Translations under genes and position numbers: made by a program
Source: Candidatus Binatia bacterium
GTDB lineage: Bacteria > Desulfobacterota > Binatia > HRBIN30
Reading direction: 5' to 3'
Length of the DNA: 60,818 bases
NCBI GenBank assembly: GCA_038245295.1
Contig: JBBRSP010000035.1
Coordinates: 1-60,818, forward strand
Notes under the pieces: generated by a model
Databases searched by the model: none
Seen by the model: only the letters and a program-made list of their open reading frames with translations
What the model was told of the DNA's origin: nothing
Part shown: one piece after another, positions 39,534-50,193 of the stretch
How the letters are laid out: each line of letters starts with the position of its first letter
Position numbering within the stretch: the first letter of the stretch is position 1

Positions 39534-42500
39534 ATGAGAAGCGCAATGACGGGCGTCGGGGTCAGACTGGCCGCTGGCCTGTTGGGACTTGTTGTGGGGT
39601 CGGGACATTCGAGGCCCGTTTGGGCACAACTTGCCTCACCGAACACGACCGGCTCGACGGCCACCTGCAACACCAACGATGGCAATGGGTCGTGTAGCAG
39701 CAGCGTGAACATCACGACCAACACCGCCGCCACCGTTGCCAGTCGTTTTGGTTGGAACGTCGGCGCCGACGTCGGCTCTGGGGGCACGGCCGATCGCAAT
39801 TCCAGTGCGACGGATAAACTCGCGTTTAGCGCCACGGCCCCCGGTAGCTACCGACTCGACATTACGTCGAGCATCGCTGGTGTCATCGTGGTCCGCAACG
39901 ATGCGCTCAATTGCAGCGGCAGCGCCGACATGACAGCCGTCACCGGCACGTCGAACATCGCTTTGACATCCGGCAGCTTGAGCTTGGGGGATCCTGGAAG
40001 CCAGGGCCCCAACGGCGGCGGTACTACCGTTATCTCCGCTTCCACCCCCGCGACAATCCTGCGCTCCAGTAACGGCGCGGCCCAAGCCCACCAGCTCACG
40101 TACACCTGGTCAGGGACAGCGAGAAGCAACTCGTGCGAAGGTGCCGTCCGTTTGGGTGAGAATACGGGTGCTGTAACGGGCTGCGATGCCTGCGGCTACC
40201 CTGGTAACCCCAGCCGCACGCAAGCCAATGATGGTTTGTTTGTGACGGTCAACTACACGAGCCTTTGCGGCAACGGTGTGATCGATGCCGGAGCCAACGA
40301 GCAATGCGATGCCGGCGGGGCCAACGGCTTGGCGACATCGTGCTGCACATCCAACTGTCAGTTCCGCACCGCCGGTTTAACCTGCCGCGCATCGGCAGGC
40401 ATATGCGACACCGCAGAGGTTTGCCCCGCCAATCCCGGTACTGGCGGCGCCTGTCCAGGCGATGTTCTGGTAGCCAATGGTACGCCTTGCCGTGGCAGCG
40501 CCGGCGTCTGTGATCCAGCTGAAGCATGTACGGGAGCGAGCGCGGTCTGTCCGGCTGACGCTAAAACGGCGTCGGGCACCGTCTGCCGCGCCGCGGTTAC
40601 CGCGATACCGCCGACCGTTACGTGCGACATCCAGGAAGTGTGCGACGGGTCGTCGAATGATTGCCCCGTTGACTCCTTCAAGGCCTCCGGCGTTTCCTGC
40701 CGCACCAGTGTCGATCTCTGCGATTCGGCCGAAGTTTGCACAGGTTCGGCCGCGACCTGCCCGACTGATTCGAAGTTCCCTATCGGCCACGTCTGCCACG
40801 GCTCGACCGGTCCTTGCGACCCGCAAGAGATCTGTAACGGATCGAGCGATACCTGCCCCACCGACGTCCTGTCGCCCTCCGGCACGCCCTGTCGCTTCGC
40901 GCAAGGCATTTGTGACCTCGAAGAGGATTGCAGCGGTGTCAGCGCCGCTTGCCCGGCCGATGCGAAGGCGCCGCCAGATCAGCTCTGCCGTGCCTCGGCG
41001 GACGGCGAGATCTGCGACCCGATCGAGCTCTGTGACGGCGTGAGCGACAACTGTCCCGCCGATGCGTTCCAACCGTCGACGACGATCTGCCGCGCTGACC
41101 AGGGCACATCCGGCCCCGGGTTCATCAGTTGCGACGCAGTCGAATTCTGTACCGGCTCCGGTCCCGGATGCCCGACGGATCTCAAGAAGCCATCGAGCAC
41201 AGTCTGTCGGCCCGATGTCGGCGCCAATATCGGCGCAGACTTCACCTGCGACGTTGCTGAGAACTGCACCGGCGCGGCGAACAATTGCCCGGCCAACGGG
41301 TTCAAACCTGCCAACACGCTGTGCCGCACGGGTAGCGGCGATCCGAATAGCTCTGGGTTCATCTGTGACCCGAACGAGACATGTACAGGTGGTTCGACCA
41401 CGTGCCCGCCTGAGTTTGTCGTGGCGGCTGGAACGGTCTGCAACAACGGCACCAGCGTCGACGACGCAAGCCGTGATGCGGTTTGTGACCCGAATGAAAC
41501 CTGCACCGGTATCGCCGACCAGCCGTGCCCTGCCGATACCATCACGGCGGTAGGAACGGTCTGCGACAATGGCTCCGGCGACATGTGTGATCCGAATGAG
41601 ACCTGCACCGGTATCGCCGACCAACCGTGTCCGAGCGATGTGGTCGTCGACCCCTCCGTCATCTGCAACATGGGCACGAGTGCCGCTGACGCATCACGCG
41701 ACAACGTCTGCGATCCCGACGAGTATTGCCCGGGAGTCGCGGCCGCCTTCTTCGGTGACTCCAGTGCCAAGTGCCCGCCCGATACCATCGCTCCGATGGG
41801 AACCCTCTGTGACCATGGGTCGGGTGATCCGAATGGCTCCGGCTCGATTTGTGACCCGGACGAGACCTGCAGTGGCACCGCCGATGTGGCCTGCCCGCCC
41901 GACTTCGTCCGCTCCAGCAGCTTCATCTGTAACGCTGGTACCAGCACCGCTGATGCATCGCGCGACGCGGTCTGCGACCCGGATGAGAAGTGTCCTGGCA
42001 CTCCCGCCGCCTTCCAAAACGATCCGAGCTCGGCTTGCCCGGCGGATACCTACAAACCTGCCGGCTTCGTGTGCGGCATTGGTACGGATCTAGCGGATTC
42101 GTCGCGCGACGATATCTGTGATCCTCAAGAAACCTGCTCCGGCAACCCGGATTCGGCGTGTCCCGCGAACGTCATCCGCCCGGTGGGTACGGTCTGCAGC
42201 TTCGGCTCGGGCGCGCCGAACGGTGGTTCGGAATGTGACCCGCAGGAAGTCTGCAGCGGTGTCTCGCATCAACCATGTCCAACGGACGTGTTTGCTCCCA
42301 GCAACACGGTCTGCCGCGGCGATGCGGGCGACTGTGACGTTCCCGACTTCTGTCCCGGAACCAACAACGGCGTCTGCCCGCCGAATGCTTTTGAGGCGGC
42401 CAACACGTTGTGCGGTAGCTCAACGGACAACGACTGCACCAATCCCGACCAATGTGATGGCCTCGGTGTCTGCTTGCCGAAGGATGAGCCTGCCGACACC

Positions 42501-43346
42501 CCTTGTTTCGGTCCGGCAGCGAATTCCAACGGTCGTGTGCCTACCAGCAATACCTGTAAGTTCGCATGTAACGGTGGCGGCTCTTGCGCGACGCGCGGTG
42601 CGCCCTTCCCGAATTGCTGTGGTAACGGTATTCCGGGTGAGCCGGGCGAACTCTGCGACGACGGTAACCAGTTCACGGGTGCGTCGCCGGCGCCGGACGG
42701 CAGCACCGAGAGTTGCCCATCCGACGTAGCGTTCAACTGTACATACACCGCCGGTGGATCGAGCTTGTGGATCCGCGGTAACCGCAAGAACCCCTCGAAG
42801 GATCTGAAGGGTTGTCAGCACGAGTTCTTCGTGGTCAATCCGAGCAATCCGAAGGACAAGTACCTTCTGCCCAACTACTTCCAGAGCTGTCTTGACCAGG
42901 ATCCAACGTGTGATTCCGATCCGACGCCAGGGCGGTGTGGATTCGTGACGGTGGTTTGCGCCAACACCAACGACTCCAACTTGCCGGCCTGTTCACCGAC
43001 CGGTCTCACGAGCATCGAAGTGTTGCCGCAACACGCCGCATTGGGTAACCCGATCATCGCCGCCGCCAACGCGGCGAACACGGCAGCCATCCAGGATGCG
43101 GTCATCCATCTCTTCGATCCAAACAACCCGGGAGCCGGCTTCAGCAACACGGCGCCGATTTCGGCGGCCCAGACCGACATGTGCAGCTTGCCGAAGCTGC
43201 TGACGGTGTTCGCGGCCAGCGCGCGTTCCAACGAAAGCGCTCGGGCACGCTTCACCCTGCGGACGAAGTCGAAGGACACGCACACGCCGTTGCCGCGTAC
43301 CAAGCGTGCCTTGCTCCGTCTGACCTGCGTCGCACGGCCTCTGTAA
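39534..43346 (+). CDS. Secreted Cys-rich protein with a long array of disintegrin-like repeats
   Basis: Signal peptide, about 20 C....CD..E.C.G....CP.D units. Shares N-terminal and post-repeat domains with 25145-28516. Confidence 0.82.
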   Translation: MRSAMTGVGVRLAAGLLGLVVGSGHSRPVWAQLASPNTTGSTATCNTNDGNGSCSSSVNITTNTAATVASRFGWNVGADVGSGGTADRNSSATDKLAFSATAPGSYRLDITSSIAGVIVVRNDALNCSGSADMTAVTGTSNIALTSGSLSLGDPGSQGPNGGGTTVISASTPATILRSSNGAAQAHQLTYTWSGTARSNSCEGAVRLGENTGAVTGCDACGYPGNPSRTQANDGLFVTVNYTSLCGNGVIDAGANEQCDAGGANGLATSCCTSNCQFRTAGLTCRASAGICDTAEVCPANPGTGGACPGDVLVANGTPCRGSAGVCDPAEACTGASAVCPADAKTASGTVCRAAVTAIPPTVTCDIQEVCDGSSNDCPVDSFKASGVSCRTSVDLCDSAEVCTGSAATCPTDSKFPIGHVCHGSTGPCDPQEICNGSSDTCPTDVLSPSGTPCRFAQGICDLEEDCSGVSAACPADAKAPPDQLCRASADGEICDPIELCDGVSDNCPADAFQPSTTICRADQGTSGPGFISCDAVEFCTGSGPGCPTDLKKPSSTVCRPDVGANIGADFTCDVAENCTGAANNCPANGFKPANTLCRTGSGDPNSSGFICDPNETCTGGSTTCPPEFVVAAGTVCNNGTSVDDASRDAVCDPNETCTGIADQPCPADTITAVGTVCDNGSGDMCDPNETCTGIADQPCPSDVVVDPSVICNMGTSAADASRDNVCDPDEYCPGVAAAFFGDSSAKCPPDTIAPMGTLCDHGSGDPNGSGSICDPDETCSGTADVACPPDFVRSSSFICNAGTSTADASRDAVCDPDEKCPGTPAAFQNDPSSACPADTYKPAGFVCGIGTDLADSSRDDICDPQETCSGNPDSACPANVIRPVGTVCSFGSGAPNGGSECDPQEVCSGVSHQPCPTDVFAPSNTVCRGDAGDCDVPDFCPGTNNGVCPPNAFEAANTLCGSSTDNDCTNPDQCDGLGVCLPKDEPADTPCFGPAANSNGRVPTSNTCKFACNGGGSCATRGAPFPNCCGNGIPGEPGELCDDGNQFTGASPAPDGSTESCPSDVAFNCTYTAGGSSLWIRGNRKNPSKDLKGCQHEFFVVNPSNPKDKYLLPNYFQSCLDQDPTCDSDPTPGRCGFVTVVCANTNDSNLPACSPTGLTSIEVLPQHAALGNPIIAAANAANTAAIQDAVIHLFDPNNPGAGFSNTAPISAAQTDMCSLPKLLTVFAASARSNESARARFTLRTKSKDTHTPLPRTKRALLRLTCVARPL

Positions 43347-43371
43347 GCCGGGTCCAGGAATCGTAGATCAG

Positions 43372-43405
43372 AGAGAGGGGATCGGCGTTTGCCGATCCCC
43401 TCTCT
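43372..43405 (+). terminator. Strong hairpin, probable intrinsic terminator
   Basis: AGAGAGGGGATCGGC-GTTT-GCCGATCCCCTCTCT, 26 nt after the stop. Weak U-tract. Confidence 0.55.
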
Positions 43406-43454
43406 GCGTTCTGGGCGGACAACACTCGGATGCCACCCCGTCATCCCGGCTTTC

Positions 43455-43614
43455 GAGACTGTCGATAAACTGAAATGAAGCAACGCCATCCCGGCGAAAG
43501 CCGGGATCTCCTCGAGTGGAAGGCCAAGAATGCTGGGGGGATACCGGCTTTCGCCGGTATGACGGAGATGTTTGTATGCTTTCAAACGTGCGATCAGAGG
43601 AAATCGACAGTCTC
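43455..43614 (-). mobile_element. MITE family B copy (160 bp)
   Basis: TIRs GAGACTGTCGAT / ATCGACAGTCTC. Reverse-complement homologue of 13338-13496, flanked by REP arms CGTCATCCCGGCTTTC and AAAGCCAGGG. Confidence 0.85.
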
Positions 43615-43623
43615 AAAGCCAGG

Positions 43624-45501
43624 GTGCCGGCTGCTTGGTTACCGGCGCTGCTGATCGTCGTTGCGACTCTCCTCGCCTACAGCTCGGTCTGGGGGGCCGG
43701 CTATATTTGGGACGACGATGCCTACGTCAGCAACAACAACACATTGACTTCGGTGGACGGCCTCAGGCGCATCTGGCTCGAACCGGGCGCCGTGCCTCAG
43801 TACTACCCCCTGACCCATACGACCTTTTGGATCGAACATCAGATCTGGGGTGTGAACCCGCGCGGCTACCACGCCACCAACGTGCTCATGCATGGCGCCA
43901 ACGCTCTGCTGGTCGGGCAGGTGCTGACCTCTCTCGCTGTGCCCGGGGCGTGGGGGGCGGCCGCCTTGTTTGCACTGCATCCGGTGCATGTGGAGTCGGT
44001 GGCGTGGATCACCGAGCGGAAGAACACCTTGTCGGGTTTCTTTTACCTTCTCGCGTTACTCGCCTTCCTACGCTTCGATGCGGCCCGGCAGCCCGAGGAA
44101 AAGGTCAAGCGACGTCTCGCCTACATCGTGTGCCTCGGCTGTTTTGTTGCTTCCTTGCTCAGCAAGACGGTCACAGCGACGCTTCCGGCGGCCCTGCTCA
44201 TCCTCACCTGGTGGCGCCATGGTACCGTGGCGCGGCGCGACTGGGGCGCCGTGGCGCCGATGTTCGTGATCGGGCTGTGCCTTTCCGCCGTGACCGTGTG
44301 GATGGAACGCGGCCACGTGGGCGCCGTTGGTAGCGACTGGGATCTGTCGTTTGTGGAGCGATGCCTGATTGCCAGTCGAGCCGCCTGGTTCTACCTCGGC
44401 AAACTCGCGTGGCCGGCACCGCTGATCTTCAACTACCCACGCTGGCAGATCGATGCCGGGCAGATGCTTCAGTACGTTCCACTCGTCGCCGCCGCGGCGG
44501 CTGCTGTCCTGCTGTATCGCTTCCGCGGAACCCTGGGTCGTGGTCCATTCGCGGCGGCGCTCTACTTCGTGGCAACCCTGGGGCCGGCGCTCGGTTTCGT
44601 CAACACGTTTCCGATGCGCTATTCGTTTGTCGCGGACCATTTTCAATACCTGGCAAGTCTCGGCCCGTTGGTTCTGCTGGCTTCCGCCGCGACCTGGTAC
44701 GGGCCGCGCTTGCATCGGCGAGCGGCACCGATAGCGGCGATGTTGAGTGCGCTCGTGCTGACGGTGCTGACCTGGCAGCAGGGGTGGGTTTACCATGATT
44801 TGAAGTCGTTGTGGCACGACACCATCGCCAAGAATCGGGGATCTGTGCTGGCCCACAACAATCTGGGGCTGATCCTGATGGAAGACGGCCAAGCGGAGCT
44901 GGCGGCGCGCAGTTTCCAGGCGGCCCTTTCGGTCAAGCCGAACGACGGCTTCGCCTACAACAACCTGGGCCTGGCACTGATGCGGATGGGTGACGAGCGG
45001 GCCGCGCGCGATGCCTTCGAGAATGCGGTTCGCTACGACCCAGGTAACGCCCAGGCCCACAACAACCTGGGCAATTGGTTGGCCGGACAGGGCTCTCTCG
45101 AGGCGGCCGCCGAATCGTTTGCCACGGCGACGCGGCTCCAGCCGACGTACAGCGACGCACTCGGCAATCTCGCTAATGTCAGAATGCTACAGAACCGCAC
45201 CCAGGAAGCGGAGCAGCTTTATCAACGCGCCATCGAGATAGACCCCGAGTTTGCCGACGCGCTTCACAACCTGGCTGTGCTGCGGGCTCAGCAGGGGCGA
45301 CTCGCCGACGCCGAGGCACTCTACCGCCGCGGCATTGCAATACGACCATCCTCCGCGGATGCCTATCTGCACCTCGGGTACGTCGTCCAGGCACAGGGAC
45401 GATTGGACGAAGCGCGCCGGCTGTATGACAAGGTCCGCCAGTTGCGGCCCGGGGATGCCGCCGCCACGGCGGCGCTGAACGAGCTCTCCAACGGCAAGTA
45501 G
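43624..45501 (+). CDS. Second TMTC-like GT-C glycosyltransferase with TPRs
   Basis: WDD motif, YYPLT, LFALHPVHVESVAWITERKN, ADHFQY, TPRs. Start uncertain (GTG 43624, or ATG 43576 inside the MITE). Confidence 0.85.
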   Translation: MPAAWLPALLIVVATLLAYSSVWGAGYIWDDDAYVSNNNTLTSVDGLRRIWLEPGAVPQYYPLTHTTFWIEHQIWGVNPRGYHATNVLMHGANALLVGQVLTSLAVPGAWGAAALFALHPVHVESVAWITERKNTLSGFFYLLALLAFLRFDAARQPEEKVKRRLAYIVCLGCFVASLLSKTVTATLPAALLILTWWRHGTVARRDWGAVAPMFVIGLCLSAVTVWMERGHVGAVGSDWDLSFVERCLIASRAAWFYLGKLAWPAPLIFNYPRWQIDAGQMLQYVPLVAAAAAAVLLYRFRGTLGRGPFAAALYFVATLGPALGFVNTFPMRYSFVADHFQYLASLGPLVLLASAATWYGPRLHRRAAPIAAMLSALVLTVLTWQQGWVYHDLKSLWHDTIAKNRGSVLAHNNLGLILMEDGQAELAARSFQAALSVKPNDGFAYNNLGLALMRMGDERAARDAFENAVRYDPGNAQAHNNLGNWLAGQGSLEAAAESFATATRLQPTYSDALGNLANVRMLQNRTQEAEQLYQRAIEIDPEFADALHNLAVLRAQQGRLADAEALYRRGIAIRPSSADAYLHLGYVVQAQGRLDEARRLYDKVRQLRPGDAAATAALNELSNGK

Positions 45502-45539
45502 GAAACGGCGGAGAGCCCGCACCTCGCCGTCGCGCCAGT

Positions 45540-46058
45540 TTACTTCTTTCGCCCAGGCAGAACGTCCGTCGCCCGGCGATCCTGCGCATCGCAGTATCGC
45601 TGCACACCCGGGGCGGCGAGGTCAAAAGCGATTGCCGCGACCATCGCATCATCGAGTGTCCCAATGCGTGGCAGGAAATCGGGCACGATGTCGTTCTCGT
45701 CGGCGAAGTAGAAGACGGCGGCAGCCAGCAGCGCGATCGTCCGGTAGGGAATCTGGGGAATTCGTCCGCTGGCATGATCGCGTAGGCAATCGACTGCCAG
45801 ATTGAGCTGCTTGTGGAAGCGTCCGCCGGTGCGATCTTCGCTGACGTCAATGCGGCGGCGCAGCGCGCGCTCCTGAGCCAGCAGGGTCTTCACGTCGCCC
45901 GGCGCGAGTTGTGCCGCGGATTCTTCCAGCATGGCTTCGAGCTCGGCCGGATGAACGATCGTATCGTCGGTCTTCGAGCTTGGGCGCTTCGGTACCGTGT
46001 CGGTTGCCGCTTTTACGGCTTTGGTGCGTGTCGTCCGCCGCGGCGGTTTGGTTGCCAT
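45540..46058 (-). CDS. YkvA/DUF1232 family protein
   Basis: YF....DIVPDFLP.IG.LDD motif. Confidence 0.85.
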   Translation of the reverse strand: MATKPPRRTTRTKAVKAATDTVPKRPSSKTDDTIVHPAELEAMLEESAAQLAPGDVKTLLAQERALRRRIDVSEDRTGGRFHKQLNLAVDCLRDHASGRIPQIPYRTIALLAAAVFYFADENDIVPDFLPRIGTLDDAMVAAIAFDLAAPGVQRYCDAQDRRATDVLPGRKK

Positions 46059-46067
46059 CTTGTTTTC

Positions 46068-47690
46068 CTACCTTCCTCTATCGACATCGATCAGCACGCC
46101 CGGGTTGAGTACCCATTGGGGATCGAGGCTGCGTTTTGACGCCGCCAGACTGCGCGCAAACAAGTCGGGCCGCTGGCGATCATACCACGGCCGATGATCG
46201 CGCCCGACGGCGTGATGGTGCGTGATGGTCCCGCCGTGAGCCAGCAATGCCTCGGACGCGGCCAGTTTTATCTCCATCCACTGGCTGATTTGCCCACCAG
46301 GTCGCGCCGGCGCAATGACGGTGTAGTAGGGGGCGGGGCCGTCGGGATAGACGTGTGTGAATCGTACCGAGACCTGACCTGCGCCGCAGACGCGGCGCAC
46401 GGCTCCTGTGACGCTCTCCATCACGGCGGCGTGAAACTCCGGAAAACGGTCCCAGGTAACCGCCGTCTCGAAGGTCTCGCTAATCATACCCATGCACACT
46501 AGCGCATCGCGCAGGTATGGGGCGTTGACGAACGATTGGCGCCAGGCGCCGGCAGGTCCCTCACGTCCCGCTGTCTCGTCGGTTCGCGTCTCTCCCGCCC
46601 CGGCGGGGATAACACCGCCATGGTCCGCGCAGCACTGCAGTGCGCGCGCCATCCAGGCATCGAGCGAATGATCTGCCGATTCGAAGCCGAGGACGAGGAC
46701 CGCGTGCACACCGTCGCCCGCACCCGACGTTTGCGCTTCGGCGGCATCGAGGAGGCGACAGTTCGACGGGTATAGGCCCGACTGGCTGATTGCCCGCACG
46801 GCCTCTACGGCCGCATCGAGCTCACGAAAGGTCACCGACGTGGCATTCCGAAAGCGCGGTCGTGCCTGGATACGCATCCACGCTTCGGAGATGATCCCAA
46901 GGGCTCCTTCCGAGCCGATGAAGAGTCGGTCAGGGCTAGGACCGGCACCGGAGCCGGGCAGGCGGCGCGATTCGTAGATGCCGGCCGGTGTCACGACGCG
47001 CAGCGACTCAACAAAGTCGTCGATATGTGTGTAGAGGGTGGCGAAGTGCCCTCCGGAACGGGTCGCGATCCAGCCGCCCAACGTCGAGAACTCGAATGAT
47101 TGCGGGAAATGGCGCAGCGTGTAGCCGTGCGGCCGCAGCTGATCTTCGAGGGCTGGACCGAGCACGCCGGCCTGAATGCGCGCGGCGCGCGAGACATGGT
47201 CGACTTCAAGGACGCGATCGAGACGGCCCAGGTCAATGCAGACGGCCCCGGCATAAGAATCGTCGACGGGTGGTTCAACCCCACCCACGACACTCGAGCC
47301 GCCGCCGTAAGGAATTGCCGCGATATTGGCGTTGCCGCACCATTCGAGAATCGCGCTAACCTCGGCTTCAGAGGTCGGGAAAGCAACCACGTCAGGCGGG
47401 TTCACGAACTGCCGGCCGAGGCCGCGCACAACGTCGCGAAACGATTTGCCTAAACTATGCCCGGCCCGGTCGAACGGATCGATCGAGCAGATTCCCGCCA
47501 ACCCCGTCGGCGCGGCGATTCGAGGGTGTCGCAACTCGATGTCGGCAAGTCGTGGTGGCGGCTGGAGATCGACCGAAGCCAGATGGAATCGTGCCGCCAG
47601 GAGCTGGGCAATCGCTGCCTTCTGTTCGGACGAAGGGCCTTCGTCTTCGTAGCCCCAGCCCCAGAACTTTCTGCGTCGTGTTTCGGTCAT
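46068..47690 (-). CDS. FAD-linked oxidase, alkyl-DHAP synthase-like
   Basis: PYGGGSSVVGG, HFPQSFEFSTLGGWIATRSGG, GSEG and HHHAVG motifs. Confidence 0.9.
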   Translation of the reverse strand: MTETRRRKFWGWGYEDEGPSSEQKAAIAQLLAARFHLASVDLQPPPRLADIELRHPRIAAPTGLAGICSIDPFDRAGHSLGKSFRDVVRGLGRQFVNPPDVVAFPTSEAEVSAILEWCGNANIAAIPYGGGSSVVGGVEPPVDDSYAGAVCIDLGRLDRVLEVDHVSRAARIQAGVLGPALEDQLRPHGYTLRHFPQSFEFSTLGGWIATRSGGHFATLYTHIDDFVESLRVVTPAGIYESRRLPGSGAGPSPDRLFIGSEGALGIISEAWMRIQARPRFRNATSVTFRELDAAVEAVRAISQSGLYPSNCRLLDAAEAQTSGAGDGVHAVLVLGFESADHSLDAWMARALQCCADHGGVIPAGAGETRTDETAGREGPAGAWRQSFVNAPYLRDALVCMGMISETFETAVTWDRFPEFHAAVMESVTGAVRRVCGAGQVSVRFTHVYPDGPAPYYTVIAPARPGGQISQWMEIKLAASEALLAHGGTITHHHAVGRDHRPWYDRQRPDLFARSLAASKRSLDPQWVLNPGVLIDVDRGR

Positions 47691-47797
47691 CGCGTCACGA
47701 ATGCGCCGTCTCTACCAGATGCGCGCACGGCGTCAAAACGCCCGCCTATTGGCTCGGCCGTCGTTCTGTGAAAACACAGCGACACCGGAGGTCGACC

Positions 47798-49000
<1,203 letters not shown>

Positions 49001-49010
49001 GAGGTAAGAC

Positions 49011-50183
49011 GTGCGTTACGACTTCACTCCCGAACAGCTCGCCTGGCGTAACGAGATCCGCGCCTTCGTACGCGACCATCTTGGAACCGATCTGCTCGAC
49101 GAACTGCGCGAAGCCGGCAACGAAGGGCAGGGGCCACTCGCCAAACAGTTTATCGTTAAACTGCGTGAGCATGGTTGGTGGGGTCTGCCTTGGCCGGCGG
49201 AATACGGCGGACTCGGGCGCTCGGCGATCGATCAGTGGATCTTTGTCGATGAGCTCGAGGGTGCCGGCGCCCCGATGTTGCCACTGACCGTGACGTCGGT
49301 GGCGCCGACGATCATGCGTGTCGGTAGCGAACAGCAAAAGCAGTATTGGCTGCCGAAGATCAAGAATGCCGAGATCGAGTTTGCTCTCGGCTACTCCGAG
49401 CCGGATGCCGGCACCGATCTGGCGGCGTTGCGTATGCGGGCGGTGCTCGATGGCGATAGCTGGGTCGTCAACGGCACCAAGATGTGGAACACCATGGCGC
49501 ATATGGCGACGCACAATTGGCTCGCCGTGCGCACCGAGCCCGATGCCCCGAAACACAAAGGCATCTCGATGTTGATCGTGCCGATGGATGCTCCCGGCGT
49601 GACCGTGCAAGCGATCTACGTGTGGCCCGGCCTGCGCACCAACGCCTTGTTCCTCGACAACGTCCGAGTGCCGCGCGACTACCTGATCGGCGAGCGCGGC
49701 ATGGGCTTCTACTATGCGGCGATGGCTCTCAACTTCGAGCGCCTGAGCATCGGTTCGGTTGCCATGACACGCCGTTACTTCCGCGAGCTCGTGGCCGTGG
49801 TGCGGGAGATGGTTGTCGATGGCCGGCCGCTCAAGAACGATCCGTGGGTGCGTGAGCGCCTGGCGCGTCTCGCCGTGGATATCGAAGCGGCGCGTATGCT
49901 TGGCCTCGAAACCGCCTGGGCCCTCGATCAAGGGCGTGTGCCGGCCGCCGAGTCGTCGATGGCGAAAGTCTTCGTCAGTGAACTGGCCCAACGCGTTTCC
50001 GATGTCGGCAGCGAAATCCTCGGTATGGCCGGCCAACTCGATCTCACCGAACCATCGGCGCCGCTGCACGGCCGGCTGCAATGGCTGTACCGGATCGCCC
50101 CGATGCTCGCCTTCGGCGGCGGCACCAACGAAGTGCAACGCAACATTATCGCCATGCTCGGCTACGGCATGCCGCGAAAGTAG
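49011..50183 (+). CDS. Acyl-CoA dehydrogenase, FadE26/ChsE4-like subunit
   Basis: GYSEPDAGTDLA, KHKGIS, LNFER and FGGGTNEVQR motifs. Confidence 0.9.
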   Translation: MRYDFTPEQLAWRNEIRAFVRDHLGTDLLDELREAGNEGQGPLAKQFIVKLREHGWWGLPWPAEYGGLGRSAIDQWIFVDELEGAGAPMLPLTVTSVAPTIMRVGSEQQKQYWLPKIKNAEIEFALGYSEPDAGTDLAALRMRAVLDGDSWVVNGTKMWNTMAHMATHNWLAVRTEPDAPKHKGISMLIVPMDAPGVTVQAIYVWPGLRTNALFLDNVRVPRDYLIGERGMGFYYAAMALNFERLSIGSVAMTRRYFRELVAVVREMVVDGRPLKNDPWVRERLARLAVDIEAARMLGLETAWALDQGRVPAAESSMAKVFVSELAQRVSDVGSEILGMAGQLDLTEPSAPLHGRLQWLYRIAPMLAFGGGTNEVQRNIIAMLGYGMPRK

Positions 50184-50193
50184 GACGACACCG

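Noticed and set aside
42315..42323. RGD integrin-binding motif in a disintegrin-like repeat
   Set aside because: It occurs once, directly after Cys rather than at the canonical loop position, and is absent from the other units. Likely chance.
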